From NCBI GenBank assembly GCA_964646315.1, contig CAZYDN010000002.1, positions 962-64,961 on the forward strand: a stretch of DNA of 64,000 nt, written 5' to 3'. The notes beneath the pieces are model-generated. The model did no database searches and had not been told where the DNA came from. It was given only the letters and a program-made list of their open reading frames with translations. The stretch is from an uncultured Candidatus Saccharibacteria bacterium (lineage in GTDB: Bacteria > Patescibacteriota > Minisyncoccia > Phycocordibacterales > Phycocordibacteraceae). The translations under genes were made by a program, and so were the position numbers. How positions within the stretch are numbered: position 1 is the stretch's first letter; every line of letters starts with the position of its first letter. Below, one piece after another: positions 28,150 to 38,462 of the stretch.

Positions 28150-29175
28150 ATGCAGTTCGGCCAGTTCATAGAAAGAGTGCGCAGGGTAAAACCCTCGCGT
28201 GGGTGGAAACGTCCGCTCATAGTGGCCCTTATAGTAAGTGTCTCGCTTCTTATAGGTAGTTTGCTTCTGTACGCGCAGTTTTTTGGTCCTGCAAACGAGT
28301 ATGGAGAAACTACAGAATTCATCGTAAAGCCAGACGCATCAGTTTTTGAGATTACGCGAGAACTCCGTCGCGCCGGATTTATAAAAAGTAGTACGGCGTT
28401 TTCGCTTGCGTTTCGTTTGTATGACAAAGGAAGAGGTATCCAAGAAGGTGGGTACAAGCTCTCGCCCGCCATGGATACACTCTCTATAGCAAAAGCCCTT
28501 GCGTCTCCTCCGTATCTGGCATGGGTTACGTTTCCAAGTGGATGGCGAAAAGAACAGATAGCCGATTTACTCGTGCGCAAACTTGGGTGGAGTGAGGATG
28601 AACGGGTTCAATGGATTAACGTGGACACCGCACCTTCTGCAGGTCTCATCGAAGGGGTGTACTACGGTGACACCTACCTTATTCCTACCGATCAGTCTCC
28701 GGCCTATGTGGCGGGGCGCTTGCGCGGCAGATTTACGGACGTGTTTGCGCCGTACGCCGCGGAAGCGGCTAAGCGCGGAATTCCGTGGACAGATGTCATC
28801 ACACTCGCTTCTTTAATTGAGAGAGAGGCTGCTAAAAACGATAAGGAAATTGTATCTGGTATTCTCTGGAACCGTCTTCACGCGAAGATGGGTCTTCAGG
28901 TAGACGCAACCTTGCAGTATATTCGAGGTGAAAAAGGAAATTGGTGGCCTGTTCCAACTTCTGCTGACAAAAAACTAGAATCTCCTTTTAACACCTATAA
29001 GCATGTCGGGCTTCCTCCACACCCCATAGCAAATCCCTCTCTTGAAAGTATCGATGCCGCGCTTCACCCCGCAAAGACCGACTGTATCTATTACATACAC
29101 GACACAAACGGCACCATTCACTGCTCTAAATCCTATTCCGGACACCTCGCAAATGTGAATAAATACCTTAAATAA
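28150..29175 (+). CDS. mltG: endolytic murein transglycosylase MltG (YceG-like)
   Basis: N-terminal TM plus YceG domain. Confidence 0.8.
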   Translation: MQFGQFIERVRRVKPSRGWKRPLIVALIVSVSLLIGSLLLYAQFFGPANEYGETTEFIVKPDASVFEITRELRRAGFIKSSTAFSLAFRLYDKGRGIQEGGYKLSPAMDTLSIAKALASPPYLAWVTFPSGWRKEQIADLLVRKLGWSEDERVQWINVDTAPSAGLIEGVYYGDTYLIPTDQSPAYVAGRLRGRFTDVFAPYAAEAAKRGIPWTDVITLASLIEREAAKNDKEIVSGILWNRLHAKMGLQVDATLQYIRGEKGNWWPVPTSADKKLESPFNTYKHVGLPPHPIANPSLESIDAALHPAKTDCIYYIHDTNGTIHCSKSYSGHLANVNKYLK

Positions 29176-29256
29176 GCCTCGGTTGCGATTGACGACTCAT
29201 ATATATAAAGGTATTGTGTGAGTAATCGCCCAAGGGGCATTTTTATTTTATCTACT

Positions 29257-31041
29257 ATGGAAATACGCAACATCGCCATCATCGCTCACGTGGACCACGG
29301 CAAAACCACGCTTACTGACGCCATCATGAAGCAGACCGGAGCTGCGGCAGAGGGTGTGTCTATGGACTCAAACACGATTGAGCATGAGCGCGGCATCACC
29401 ATCTACTCAAAGAACACCTCTATTGAGTACAAGGGAACCAAAATCAACATTGTGGATACCCCAGGCCACTCCGACTTCGGTTCAGAAGTTGAGCGCGTGC
29501 TTCGCTCTATTGATTCAGTGCTTCTCATTGTAGATGCCCAGGAAGGACCAATGCCTCAGACTCGTTTCGTGCTTAAGAAGTCTCTTGAACTGGGACTCAA
29601 GCCTATTGTGGTTCTCAACAAAATTGATAAGCCAGCAGCTAATCCAGATTGGGCAGAGGAGCAGGTGCTTGAGCTCTTCCTCGAACTCGGTGCTTCTGAC
29701 GAACAATCTGATTTCACTACGGTGTACGCGATTGGTCGTGAAGGAGTTGCAATGCGAAAGCTTGATGACGAGCGTAAGGACCTTATGCCACTTCTCGATG
29801 TCATTCTCGAGAAGGTTGCTCCTACCTCAAGTCAAGAGAGTGCAGACAAGCCGCTTAAACTTCAGACCTTCAACCTAGCCTACGACAACTTCCTTGGACG
29901 TCTTGCTATCGGACGTGTGTACGAGGGTGTCGTGAAGGCAGGACAGACTATTTTGGTAAAGAAGCCAGACGGTGAAACTCGCACTGCCAAAATCACGAAG
30001 GTTTTCACCTTCAAGGGACTCGAGCGCGTGGACGTGCCTGAAGCGGTAGCTGGTGACATTGTTATCGTTGCGGGAATTGAGGACGCCTACATTGGCGAAA
30101 CTATCACCACTGATGAGGCAACTGAGCCTATGCCAGCTATTGCAATTGACGAGCCTACCATCACCGTGAACTTCCTCGTGAATAACTCACCGTTTGCAGG
30201 TAAGGAAGGTAAGTTTGTGACGAGTCGCCAGCTTCGCGAGTACCTTGAGCGCGAGCTCGAAGTGAACGTGGGACTTAAGGTGGACTTTGTGTCTCCGGAC
30301 GCTTTCAAAGTGTCAGGACGTGGTGAGCTTCACCTCGCTATTTTGCTTGAGAACATGCGTCGCGCAGGATACGAAATGCAGGTATCTCAGCCACAGGTAA
30401 TTGTGCGTGAGGAAGAGGGAGTTAAGGTTGAGCCGTTTGAGGAAGTCATCATCGACACACCAAGCGAGTACCAAGGTTCAATTATTGAGCGTCTTGGTCT
30501 ACGTAGTTTCGTGCTCCAGAACCTCACCCAAAACGACAATGCGGTTCGCCTTACGTTTGAAGGTCCTACTCGTGGACTTCTTGGATATCGCGGTCAGTTC
30601 GTGGTGGACACTAAGGGAGAGGGTATTCTTTCTTCGCGCGTTGTCGGCTTCAAGCCATACGCAGGTGAGATTAAGAAGCGTCAGGTAGGTTCCATGATTT
30701 CCATGGCTGCCGGAAAGGCGCTTGGATACGCACTCTGGGGTCTTCAGGAGCGCGGTATTCTGTACATTGTTCCTGCTACGGAAGTGTACGAGGGTATGGT
30801 TATTGGTAACACCTCGAAGGGTGAAGAAATGCAGGCAAACCCTACTAAGGGAAAGAATCAATCCAATGTTCGTTCGTCGGGTATGGATGAGGCTATCAAC
30901 TTGGTGCCAGCATTCACACTTACGATTGAGCGCGGTCTTGAAGTAATGGCGAGCGACGAATACCTCGAAATTACTCCAAAGAGTGTGCGTCTCCGCAAGC
31001 AGTATTTGACCGACTCAGAGCGCGCAAAGGCTCGCCGTTAG
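29257..31041 (+). CDS. typA: translational GTPase TypA/BipA
   Basis: The N-terminus is [17 protein letters not shown]. The start is at the internal ATG of the ORF-track ORF. Confidence 0.9.
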   Translation: MEIRNIAIIAHVDHGKTTLTDAIMKQTGAAAEGVSMDSNTIEHERGITIYSKNTSIEYKGTKINIVDTPGHSDFGSEVERVLRSIDSVLLIVDAQEGPMPQTRFVLKKSLELGLKPIVVLNKIDKPAANPDWAEEQVLELFLELGASDEQSDFTTVYAIGREGVAMRKLDDERKDLMPLLDVILEKVAPTSSQESADKPLKLQTFNLAYDNFLGRLAIGRVYEGVVKAGQTILVKKPDGETRTAKITKVFTFKGLERVDVPEAVAGDIVIVAGIEDAYIGETITTDEATEPMPAIAIDEPTITVNFLVNNSPFAGKEGKFVTSRQLREYLERELEVNVGLKVDFVSPDAFKVSGRGELHLAILLENMRRAGYEMQVSQPQVIVREEEGVKVEPFEEVIIDTPSEYQGSIIERLGLRSFVLQNLTQNDNAVRLTFEGPTRGLLGYRGQFVVDTKGEGILSSRVVGFKPYAGEIKKRQVGSMISMAAGKALGYALWGLQERGILYIVPATEVYEGMVIGNTSKGEEMQANPTKGKNQSNVRSSGMDEAINLVPAFTLTIERGLEVMASDEYLEITPKSVRLRKQYLTDSERAKARR

Positions 31042-31054
31042 AGGAATACCTTAA

Positions 31055-31090
31055 AACAAAAAATCCCGCGTCTGCGGGATTTTTTGTTTT
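31055..31090 (+). terminator. rho-independent terminator (aaaaaatcccgcgtctgcgggatttttt)
   Basis: Hairpin plus T-run. Confidence 0.75.
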
Positions 31091-31101
31091 GATCAGTAAG
31101 T

Positions 31102-31500
31102 TTGACAATACAAAAGAAGGTACGTAGTGTGGCGAGTGAGCACATTTTCAAAAGGAACCAAGTGATGGCATACCGTGATAATGTTCAAGCCGCTGCGGAT
31201 AAACGCAATATTCCAAATCCTCTCGAAGAAAGTGACATTGCTATTGCAAGTCTCACTTTCTGGGGAGACGATGGTCCAATCCCTATTGCAGGAACGGACA
31301 TGAACCGGGCAGGGAGGTTCTTCTTCCAGATACTGGCTGAGGAACTCCCGCGCATGACCGAATCTCTCCCGGGTAGTCTTGAATGCGACCGATATCTGCG
31401 AGAAGAAGCTGCGAAGTTCTTTGCAGAACGCTGGGAAAACGATACTCCAATTTTTGTCGCCATTCGAACCTCGAAGAAGGTTGACCTTAAGTGGAGGTAG
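31102..31500 (+). CDS. hypothetical protein
   Basis: ORF only; start uncertain. Confidence 0.35.
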   Translation: MTIQKKVRSVASEHIFKRNQVMAYRDNVQAAADKRNIPNPLEESDIAIASLTFWGDDGPIPIAGTDMNRAGRFFFQILAEELPRMTESLPGSLECDRYLREEAAKFFAERWENDTPIFVAIRTSKKVDLKWR

Positions 31501-31651
31501 TTTTTACTGGGTTCTCGTTTTTTTTCGTTAGGGCGCTGCGCAAGCAGCGCCCTAAACCATTCATGAGGACTTCACGCATTACTTCATAATATAGAGAAAC
31601 CCTCGTGGCCGCCGAACGGGTCCTGGGCTTATTCCCTAATCTCACTCAATC

Positions 31652-31804
31652 ATGCTTTATACCATTGCCGTTGTGCTCCTGTTCCTGTGGGTGATTGGCC
31701 TTGTGACCTCCTATACGCTTGGAGGATTTATACATCTTCTACTCGTAGTTGCGGTGATTATGGTGCTCGTGCGACTCATTCAGGGTAAAAATCCAATTGC
31801 GTAG
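31652..31804 (+). CDS. unannotated small membrane protein, lmo0937-family-like (50 aa, two TM)
   Basis: The ATG-to-TAG ORF was read by hand. A hairpin at 31833-31863 follows. It is below the ORF-track cutoff. Confidence 0.5.
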   Translation: MLYTIAVVLLFLWVIGLVTSYTLGGFIHLLLVVAVIMVLVRLIQGKNPIA

Positions 31805-31864
31805 CTTGCGTGTTTGCACTAAGTCGACTAGTTCAAGGACCAGGAGGTAGTGCCTCCTGGTCCT

Positions 31865-31902
31865 TGCTATATATACGTTTAGAGCTATAATGGTCTCATA
31901 CA
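31865..31902 (+). promoter_or_regulatory. promoter TTGCTA-16/17-TATAAT preceding a roughly 160-nt structured 5' UTR of the DEAD-box helicase gene
   Basis: Seen in sequence. Confidence 0.4.
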
Positions 31903-32069
31903 ACGTTTCTCCTTACGTTTTCCGTCTTGAGCGTGCAACCCACTGCCTCGAGACCAGTCAAAGGCTGAGAAACTCGAGACGTTGAAACCACACACGCCCT
32001 TGGTGCGTTTTTGGTACTTACAACCAAGGAAGTAGCGCGTAAGGCGCGCCTCCACTAGTCGAATTCAAT

Positions 32070-33497
32070 ATGAATCAATCAAGTAATTCGCATCCCCGCG
32101 GCAATAGTCGAGGTGGTGCATCACGCGGAGGTCGTCCAGGAGGACGCGCTCCACAAAACAGCTCCGCATACGAAGCTGGCATGCGTTTCGCTCTTGAGGG
32201 CGGATTTAAGCGTCCTGCTACTGCTCCTGTAGAGTCACGTCGTCGCGCACCTTCAGGTGGCGGTTCTTCACGATACTCACGTGGAGGTTCAAATTCAGGA
32301 GGCGAGCGACGTAGCTACGGCGGCAACGACCGTGGGGCACGCACAAGCTCTGCTCCTCGCGGACGACGCAACTACCAGGAAATGGATGTAGACGTATCAA
32401 AGCTTATCAACAAGGCTACAGCTCCTGAGCACGTAGAAGCATACGTTCCTGTGCATGCCTTCGCCGGTTTTGCTATCGACGAGCGTCTCAAGGAGAATAT
32501 TGCAAAGAAGGGGTACACCTTCCCAACTCCTATTCAGGACGAATCTATTCCTTATGTACTTGAAGGAAAAGATATTGTTGGACTTGCAAACACCGGAACC
32601 GGAAAGACTGCTGCGTTTCTTATTCCGCTAATCGATAAGGTGCTTAAATTCCGTACCCTTAACCAGGCGGAGCGCATTCTTATCATGGTGCCTACCCGTG
32701 AACTCGCTATTCAGATTGAAGAAGAGTTCTGGGGATTTGCTAAGGGACTTGGTCTTGCGTCGGTTACCTGTGTAGGTGGCGCGAACATTAGTCCTCAGGT
32801 ACGTGTTCTTCGTCGCAATCCAGCTTTCGTCATCGGAACTCCGGGACGTCTCAAGGATCTTATGGAGCGTCGTGAACTCGATCTTTCTCAATTCGGCACA
32901 CTCGTGCTCGACGAGGCAGACCGTATGCTCGACATGGGATTCATCGACGATATGCGTTTCATCATGAGCAAGATGCGTTCGACTCGTCACACCCTCTTCT
33001 TCTCGGCTACTATGTCTCGCGACATTGAACGCTTGATTGGAGAGTTCCTTAAAAATCCTGTGCGTGTCACGGTTAAAACCCGTGAGACATCACACACGAT
33101 TGATCAGGATGTGGTTCGTGCACATGCATCTGAGAAATTCGATAAGCTTGCTGAGATTCTCCGTGAGGAAGCCTGTAAGCGTGTACTCGTGTTTGGACGT
33201 ACCAAGCATGGGGTAGAGCGTCTCACTAAGGACCTACGTGGACTTGGTATCCGTGCAGAAAGTATTCACGGAGATAAGACACATGGAGCTCGTCAAAAGG
33301 CACTTGGCATGTTCAAGCGTGGGGAAGTAAACGTGCTCGTAGCAACTGACGTTGCTGCGCGCGGTCTCGATATTTCTGGTGTGTCGCATGTTATTAACTA
33401 CGACCTACCTGCAACATATGAGGATTATACTCACCGTATTGGCCGAACTGGCCGTGCTGGTGAAGCTGGAAAGGCGCTTACGTTCATTGGATCGTAA
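32070..33497 (+). CDS. DEAD-box ATP-dependent RNA helicase with about 100-aa RGG/Arg-rich N-terminal extension
   Basis: Motifs GTGKTAAF, DEAD and HRIGRTGR. Confidence 0.85.
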   Translation: MNQSSNSHPRGNSRGGASRGGRPGGRAPQNSSAYEAGMRFALEGGFKRPATAPVESRRRAPSGGGSSRYSRGGSNSGGERRSYGGNDRGARTSSAPRGRRNYQEMDVDVSKLINKATAPEHVEAYVPVHAFAGFAIDERLKENIAKKGYTFPTPIQDESIPYVLEGKDIVGLANTGTGKTAAFLIPLIDKVLKFRTLNQAERILIMVPTRELAIQIEEEFWGFAKGLGLASVTCVGGANISPQVRVLRRNPAFVIGTPGRLKDLMERRELDLSQFGTLVLDEADRMLDMGFIDDMRFIMSKMRSTRHTLFFSATMSRDIERLIGEFLKNPVRVTVKTRETSHTIDQDVVRAHASEKFDKLAEILREEACKRVLVFGRTKHGVERLTKDLRGLGIRAESIHGDKTHGARQKALGMFKRGEVNVLVATDVAARGLDISGVSHVINYDLPATYEDYTHRIGRTGRAGEAGKALTFIGS

Positions 33498-33514
33498 TCC
33501 TTCCTAAAAGGAGC

Positions 33515-33553
33515 AGAAAGCCCGGGACCTTGCGGTTCCGGGCTTTCTGCTAT
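33515..33553 (+). terminator. rho-independent terminator
   Basis: Hairpin gcagaaagcccgg...ccgggctttctgc. Confidence 0.65.
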
Positions 33554-33579
33554 ACTTGGAGTATTGGTAATAAGGGAAT

Positions 33580-34299
33580 TTGCGTAACGTTATGGAACAG
33601 ACAAAATCTAGTGGATTCATCGAGAAATACCTCACGCCGATCGCGGTGATTGTGGGAGCCGGTATTATTGCTCTTGCGTTCATGTTTGGCCAGGGAGGAG
33701 GAGCTAAGCCAGGTGCTCAGCAGCCAGCAATTGCGGTAGATGTGAAGGATGTGAAAACAGATGGGGTGCCATTTATTGGAAGTCCAACGGCACCAGCAAC
33801 ACTTGTTGTTTGGTTTGACTACCAGTGCCCATTTTGTAAACAATTTGAGCAAACAATCACTCCTCAGCTTATTGAGAACTATGTGAAGACAGGTAAGCTC
33901 AAAATTGTATTCAAGGACTTCCAGTTCCTTGGAGAGGATTCTGTAACCGCATCATTGTTCGCACATGCGGTATGGGAGTCTAGTCCGGAGAGCTACCATG
34001 AGTGGCTTACTGCCGTAATGGATGCTCAGGACGATGAAGGAGATCAGGGCTTTGGTGACCTTGCTTCCATCGAAAAGGTAACTAAAGAAAAGGTTCCTGC
34101 CATCGACACTGAAAAAGTAAAAGCACTTATGGTAAGTAAGAAGGCTGAGTACACGAAGTCTATGAATGATTCGCGTGCTGAAGGATCTTCGTTTGGAATT
34201 AACGGTACGCCAAGCGTTATCGTCGGCACCAAGCTTCTTTCTGGAGCAGTACCGTACGCTACTATTGCGGCTGCTATCGACGAGTCACTTAAGAAATAA
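33580..34299 (+). CDS. DsbA-like thiol:disulfide oxidoreductase (CPFC active site), membrane-anchored
   Basis: CxxC in a thioredoxin fold context. Confidence 0.75.
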   Translation: MRNVMEQTKSSGFIEKYLTPIAVIVGAGIIALAFMFGQGGGAKPGAQQPAIAVDVKDVKTDGVPFIGSPTAPATLVVWFDYQCPFCKQFEQTITPQLIENYVKTGKLKIVFKDFQFLGEDSVTASLFAHAVWESSPESYHEWLTAVMDAQDDEGDQGFGDLASIEKVTKEKVPAIDTEKVKALMVSKKAEYTKSMNDSRAEGSSFGINGTPSVIVGTKLLSGAVPYATIAAAIDESLKK

Positions 34300-34317
34300 C
34301 GCACAACGTATTTCTGC

Positions 34318-34353
34318 AACAGAAAAGACGGCCAGCAGGCCGTCTTTTCTGTT
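34318..34353 (+). terminator. rho-independent terminator (aacagaaaagacggcc...ggccgtcttttctgtt)
   Basis: 14-bp stem. Confidence 0.7.
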
Positions 34354-34516
34354 ATGCTACAGATATGAATATACAATGGAATAACGTTACTCGTTTCTCG
34401 CAACTGATAAGTATTGCGCTTTTTGTTGGGGTGTTTGCACTCGGTTTCTGGCTGGGTATGGAGTATGAACGCAATGCGATAATTAACGCAGTTAAAGCTT
34501 CAATGGAAGGAAAGCT

Positions 34517-35194
34517 CTAAGTCTTTTTCCTGTAGGTATCAATTAATTCAATAAGAATTGGTAGGGAGGAGACAACTATTATTCCAATAATAATGGGGAG
34601 TAAGTAGTGTTCAAGATTTGGAAAGATATTTCCGAGTGTATATCCCAAATAGGTTACGCCCGTGCCCCATAGGAGTGCCCCAATAATATTGTACGTAAGA
34701 AAGGTACGGTATTTCATGCTTCCAAGGCCGGCAAAGATAGGTACAAAGGTTCGTACTGCAGGAATGAACCGGGCAAGTATGATTGCGCGCATCCCGTATC
34801 TCGCATAAAAGGCTTCTGTTCTTTCAACAGTTCTCGTATTAAAAAAGAATCGACCTTTTCCGGTAAAAAGCTTTGGACCAAAATAAGAGCCAATAGAATA
34901 TCCAATACTATCTCCAATAATTGCAGCACTTGTGGTGAGTAAGAGGAGGGGGACTATCTCAAAGTAGCCCTGAGATGCTAAGAGACCTGCAATAAAAAGG
35001 AGAGAATCTCCTGGGAAAATAAAACCAAAAGGGAGTCCGGATTCTGCAAGCACTATCGCAAATATTCCAAAATATCCTGCACCGCGAACCAGCTCTGCAA
35101 GCGGAATTCCAAAAAGGTCGGTAATCATGTGTAGGTTAGTATACCTGTCCTGAGGGCCAGAAGCACTGAGTAGGAATGACCGTAAAACAAACAC
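34517..35194 (-). CDS. DedA/SNARE-associated family membrane protein
   Basis: DedA conserved core. Confidence 0.75.
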   Translation of the reverse strand: MFVLRSFLLSASGPQDRYTNLHMITDLFGIPLAELVRGAGYFGIFAIVLAESGLPFGFIFPGDSLLFIAGLLASQGYFEIVPLLLLTTSAAIIGDSIGYSIGSYFGPKLFTGKGRFFFNTRTVERTEAFYARYGMRAIILARFIPAVRTFVPIFAGLGSMKYRTFLTYNIIGALLWGTGVTYLGYTLGNIFPNLEHYLLPIIIGIIVVSSLPILIELIDTYRKKT

Positions 35195-35609
35195 AGACAG
35201 AGAAGTCTGTCTGTGTGGTGTTCGGTGTTAGAAGTTTCGTATTTGCGTTGCTTGTGGAAGAGGAAAATCAGGGGTTGCTTGAGGCAGTCTGAGAGTTCCA
35301 GTAGTTGAGAGAGTGCCAACAGATGCGGCGAGGTTAGTGGCTTGATCTGCGGAAACTTCTGCTCCACGAAGAAAGGCAAGAATAGTAGCTTCTGCTTGGT
35401 GAAGGACTGCGGGAAGAAAACATTGAAGGACGAGTAACAGTATCCCGAGCCCAATAGCCCTGAAAATAGGCATATGCATTAAGCTTAATGAGTAAGGAAT
35501 ACGGTGTTGAACAGCACGGTGTGGTGCTCATTCAATCGTCCTGTCAGTGATCAAATCCCTCTGCCCACTATAACTATAGTGAAGATAGTAAGGTTGCTAT
35601 ACTTCACGT

Positions 35610-36083
35610 ATGAATACGGAGAAAGCACTATTTGCCGCTGGATGCTTTTGGGGGATCGAAAAAGCATTTCTGGACATTACGGGGGTTATTGATGCTGAAA
35701 GTGGCTACACGGGAGGGAAGCGAGAAAATCCTACTTACGAACAGGTATGCACAGGGGCAACCGGACACGCGGAGACCGTACGCGTAACGTTTGATCCGGA
35801 GCAGGTATCCTACGAAGCACTCGTGCGTAAGTTCTTTAGCTTCCACAATCCTACAGAGCTCAATCGCCAGGGGCCGGATGTGGGAAGTCAGTATCGTTCT
35901 GCACTTTTTTACCTATCAGAAGAACAGAAAGCAGTGGCCGAGAGGGTTGCGAGCGAACTTGCACCTGTGTATCTGCCACGGTCTATCGTGACGGAGATTG
36001 TTCCTGCCTCGACTTTCTACCGAGCAGAGGAGTATCATCAAAGATACTTCGAGAAGCATCCCGAAGCCGTTTGTCACATTTAA
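35610..36083 (+). CDS. msrA: peptide methionine sulfoxide reductase MsrA
   Basis: GCFWG active site. Confidence 0.9.
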   Translation: MNTEKALFAAGCFWGIEKAFLDITGVIDAESGYTGGKRENPTYEQVCTGATGHAETVRVTFDPEQVSYEALVRKFFSFHNPTELNRQGPDVGSQYRSALFYLSEEQKAVAERVASELAPVYLPRSIVTEIVPASTFYRAEEYHQRYFEKHPEAVCHI

Positions 36084-36092
36084 TTTTTACGT

Positions 36093-36821
36093 ATGAACCA
36101 GGAACATAATCCCTTTATCGCATTCGGTTTCATCATCGGGATAGCTCTCATCCTGGCTACCTGTATAGGAGCATGGGCAGTGTTTGCGGTGCGAGCTCTC
36201 GACAATACGCTTTCTGTGACAGGTTCGGCTAAAACGGAAGTAGATTCCGATTCTGTTAAATTCTCGTTTACTATTTCACGAATTGTTCCTGCCACAGAGT
36301 TGGCTAGTGGAAGTGCGAGACTTGATGCTGATTTGGCTACAGCAAAGGCATATCTCGTAGTCCAGCAAGTCCCCGATAGTGAAATTGCAATTGATCCGGT
36401 GATGACAAACCAGATATACGAGAATAACGGTACTCAGGCGAATAGATATCAGATGTCGCGCACCATTATTGTGAATTCAACGCGCATGGATGCAATGACG
36501 GCGCTTACTGCCAATCTCTCCTCAGCACTCACCCAGAAGGGATTAGTGATTCAGTCGAACCAGCCTGAGTATTACTACAGCAAGCTAGCGGATTTACGCG
36601 TCTCACTTCTCTCAGAAGCTATTAAGGACGCCAAAGCTCGAGCAGGTGCGATTGCTAAAGAGAGTGGGCAAAAGGTGGGGAAATTGCGATCATCCTCTTC
36701 GGGTGTGGTACAGATTCTCGCACCCAACTCCATAGATGTGTCTGACTATGGGCAGTATGATACTTCTTCTCAAAAGAAAGTAATTATGGTGTCCGTTCGT
36801 TCTACTTTTGAAATTAAATAG
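36093..36821 (+). CDS. SIMPL-domain (DUF541) protein
   Basis: TM anchor plus SIMPL-like domain. Confidence 0.7.
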   Translation: MNQEHNPFIAFGFIIGIALILATCIGAWAVFAVRALDNTLSVTGSAKTEVDSDSVKFSFTISRIVPATELASGSARLDADLATAKAYLVVQQVPDSEIAIDPVMTNQIYENNGTQANRYQMSRTIIVNSTRMDAMTALTANLSSALTQKGLVIQSNQPEYYYSKLADLRVSLLSEAIKDAKARAGAIAKESGQKVGKLRSSSSGVVQILAPNSIDVSDYGQYDTSSQKKVIMVSVRSTFEIK

Positions 36822-36980
36822 GACACACTACATAGAATTGTCAGGATGTTGATACTAGATTCGAAGGAGCGGTATACTGCCAGCAGGGTGCGAAGGGAAC
36901 ATTGTGGCTCTTTGTAAACTATCTAAACGTCGACCACGTCAGCCAGTCGCACAAGCGACAAACCACGAAAGGGGTGGATT

Positions 36981-37489
36981 ATGGATTGGACCGACGAACG
37001 AGTAGAAAATCTAAAGAAGCTCTGGCAAGACGGCTTGTCCGCAAGTCAAATCGCAAAGCAGCTCGGGGGAACTACCCGGACGCAGTTATCGGCAAGGTGC
37101 ATCGTCTCGGCCTCTCGGGCAGGGCACAGCCCTCGAAACCTGCACGTCCGGTGTTCAAAGCTCCGCGAGCGCCACGGGCAACTACTAAGCCTGCCGCTCC
37201 TCGTCGTATCGCGGAGCCCGTTGTGACGAATGCGGTTTCGGAACCTATTCCGGAACCTGTTCGGTATATGGACGAGGCTCCAGGTTCGGCGACCATCCTC
37301 ACGCTTGGTGAGCACATGTGTAAGTGGCCCATAGGCGATCCGGCGGCCGATGGCTTTACCTACTGTGGGCGCAGGCAAGACGACGGTCCCTATTGCGGGG
37401 AACATGCTCGGGTGGCGTACCAGCCGATGCAGAAGAAAAAGCGTGCAGACCCAAGTGGCCTGATGCGCTCTGTCGAACGTTACCTCTAG
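36981..37489 (+). pseudogene. gcrA: GcrA-like cell-cycle transcriptional regulator, disrupted by a 1-nt frameshift near 37080
   Basis: Frame 0 reads MDWTDERVENLKKLWQDGLSASQIAKQLGG. The -1 frame reads AVIGKVHRLGLSGR...CKWPIGDP...YCGEHARVAYQP. Restoring one A in cggacg would give the canonical TRNAVIGKVHRL. GC is about 62%, against about 48% in the flanks. Confidence 0.6.
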
Positions 37490-37494
37490 ACGAA

Positions 37495-37524
37495 AGGGCT
37501 CCGCGAATCTGCGCGGAGCCCTTG
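37495..37524 (+). terminator. rho-independent terminator (agggctccgcgaatctgcgcggagccct)
   Basis: 11-bp GC stem directly after the gcrA-like stop. Confidence 0.65.
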
Positions 37525-37546
37525 TCATATTCCTTACGAATTTCAC

Positions 37547-37942
37547 CTATTCCTTTTGAAACTCTAGGCACACTGAATTAATGCAGTAACGTTTACCACC
37601 CGCTTCCTTTGGTCCGTCATTAAAAACATGACCTAGGTGACTATTGCAGTGCTTACAAAAAACTTCCGTGCGACTCATTCCGTGCGCATCATCTGTTCGT
37701 GTACCCACATTCTCAGCTACGGCTGGATCGGTAAACGATGGCCAGCCACTCCCCGAATCAAATTTATTATCAGAAGAAAAGAGCGCTACTCCGCATACTT
37801 TGCAGCGGTACATTCCCGACTCATGATTGTCTAAGAGCACACCCGAAAAAGGAGCTTCGGTACCTCCCTCACGAAGTACTCGGAACTCGTCTGGAGTGAG
37901 AGTTTCTCTAAGGGTTTCGTCGCGTATTTCCTTGGATTCCAT
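37547..37942 (-). CDS. msrB: peptide methionine sulfoxide reductase MsrB
   Basis: CxxC...CxxC zinc site and the GWPSF/RYCINS motifs. Confidence 0.9.
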   Translation of the reverse strand: MESKEIRDETLRETLTPDEFRVLREGGTEAPFSGVLLDNHESGMYRCKVCGVALFSSDNKFDSGSGWPSFTDPAVAENVGTRTDDAHGMSRTEVFCKHCNSHLGHVFNDGPKEAGGKRYCINSVCLEFQKE

Positions 37943-37990
37943 GAGGTCATTCTATCACCATTGCTCGCGCAGGGTGCCCACGGTACGATT

Positions 37991-38458
37991 ATGGGTATGC
38001 ACCGAACAGCCCTTACTGTATTTCTCCTTATTCTCGCTTTTATTGGTATTGCGGACGCCTGGTACTTAACGGCAAGCGCTCTGTCGGATACTGCCTTGTC
38101 CTGTGACCTCGGTGCGGTACTTGATGGATGCAACATTGTGGCAAAGAGTGAATATTCGCACTTCCTGGGGCTTCCACTGGCCATGTATGGCGTAGGTTTT
38201 TTTGTAGTCATATTTATCCTCGCGGCACTTCTTATGGTGTACCCTCACCGATTACTCCATCGGTCACTTTTTTGGCTTTCAGCCATAGGATCAGCTATGT
38301 CAGTAGTATTCCTTCTTGTTCAATTTGTTCTTATCAAGGCACTTTGCATCTATTGTATCGCTTCGGCTGTCATCACGTTCCTCGTATTCCTCGTCGCGCG
38401 TGATTTACAGAAGCAGCACCGAGAATCAAATCTACATACCGTAGTGCAAACAACGTAG
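37991..38458 (+). CDS. vitamin K epoxide reductase (VKOR)-family membrane protein
   Basis: CxxC (CIYC) in a TM helix and a conserved loop Cys pair; start uncertain (37961-37997). Confidence 0.6.
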   Translation: MGMHRTALTVFLLILAFIGIADAWYLTASALSDTALSCDLGAVLDGCNIVAKSEYSHFLGLPLAMYGVGFFVVIFILAALLMVYPHRLLHRSLFWLSAIGSAMSVVFLLVQFVLIKALCIYCIASAVITFLVFLVARDLQKQHRESNLHTVVQTT

Positions 38459-38462
38459 GCTT

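Noticed and set aside
31530-31553. Hairpin agggcgctgcgcaagcagcgccct
   Set aside because: The T-run precedes rather than follows the stem on the plus strand, and A's follow on the minus strand. It is not a canonical terminator in either orientation.
34365-34520. 51-aa sORF (MNIQWNNVTRF...) convergent on dedA
   Set aside because: No SD and no promoter were seen, and it overlaps the dedA 3' end. There is insufficient support.
35228-35479. 83-aa minus-strand ORF in the dedA-msrA intergenic region
   Set aside because: It contains an internal hairpin plus T-run (35250-35285) that looks like a terminator, and it has no SD. It is likely non-coding. The hairpin itself may belong to an sRNA.
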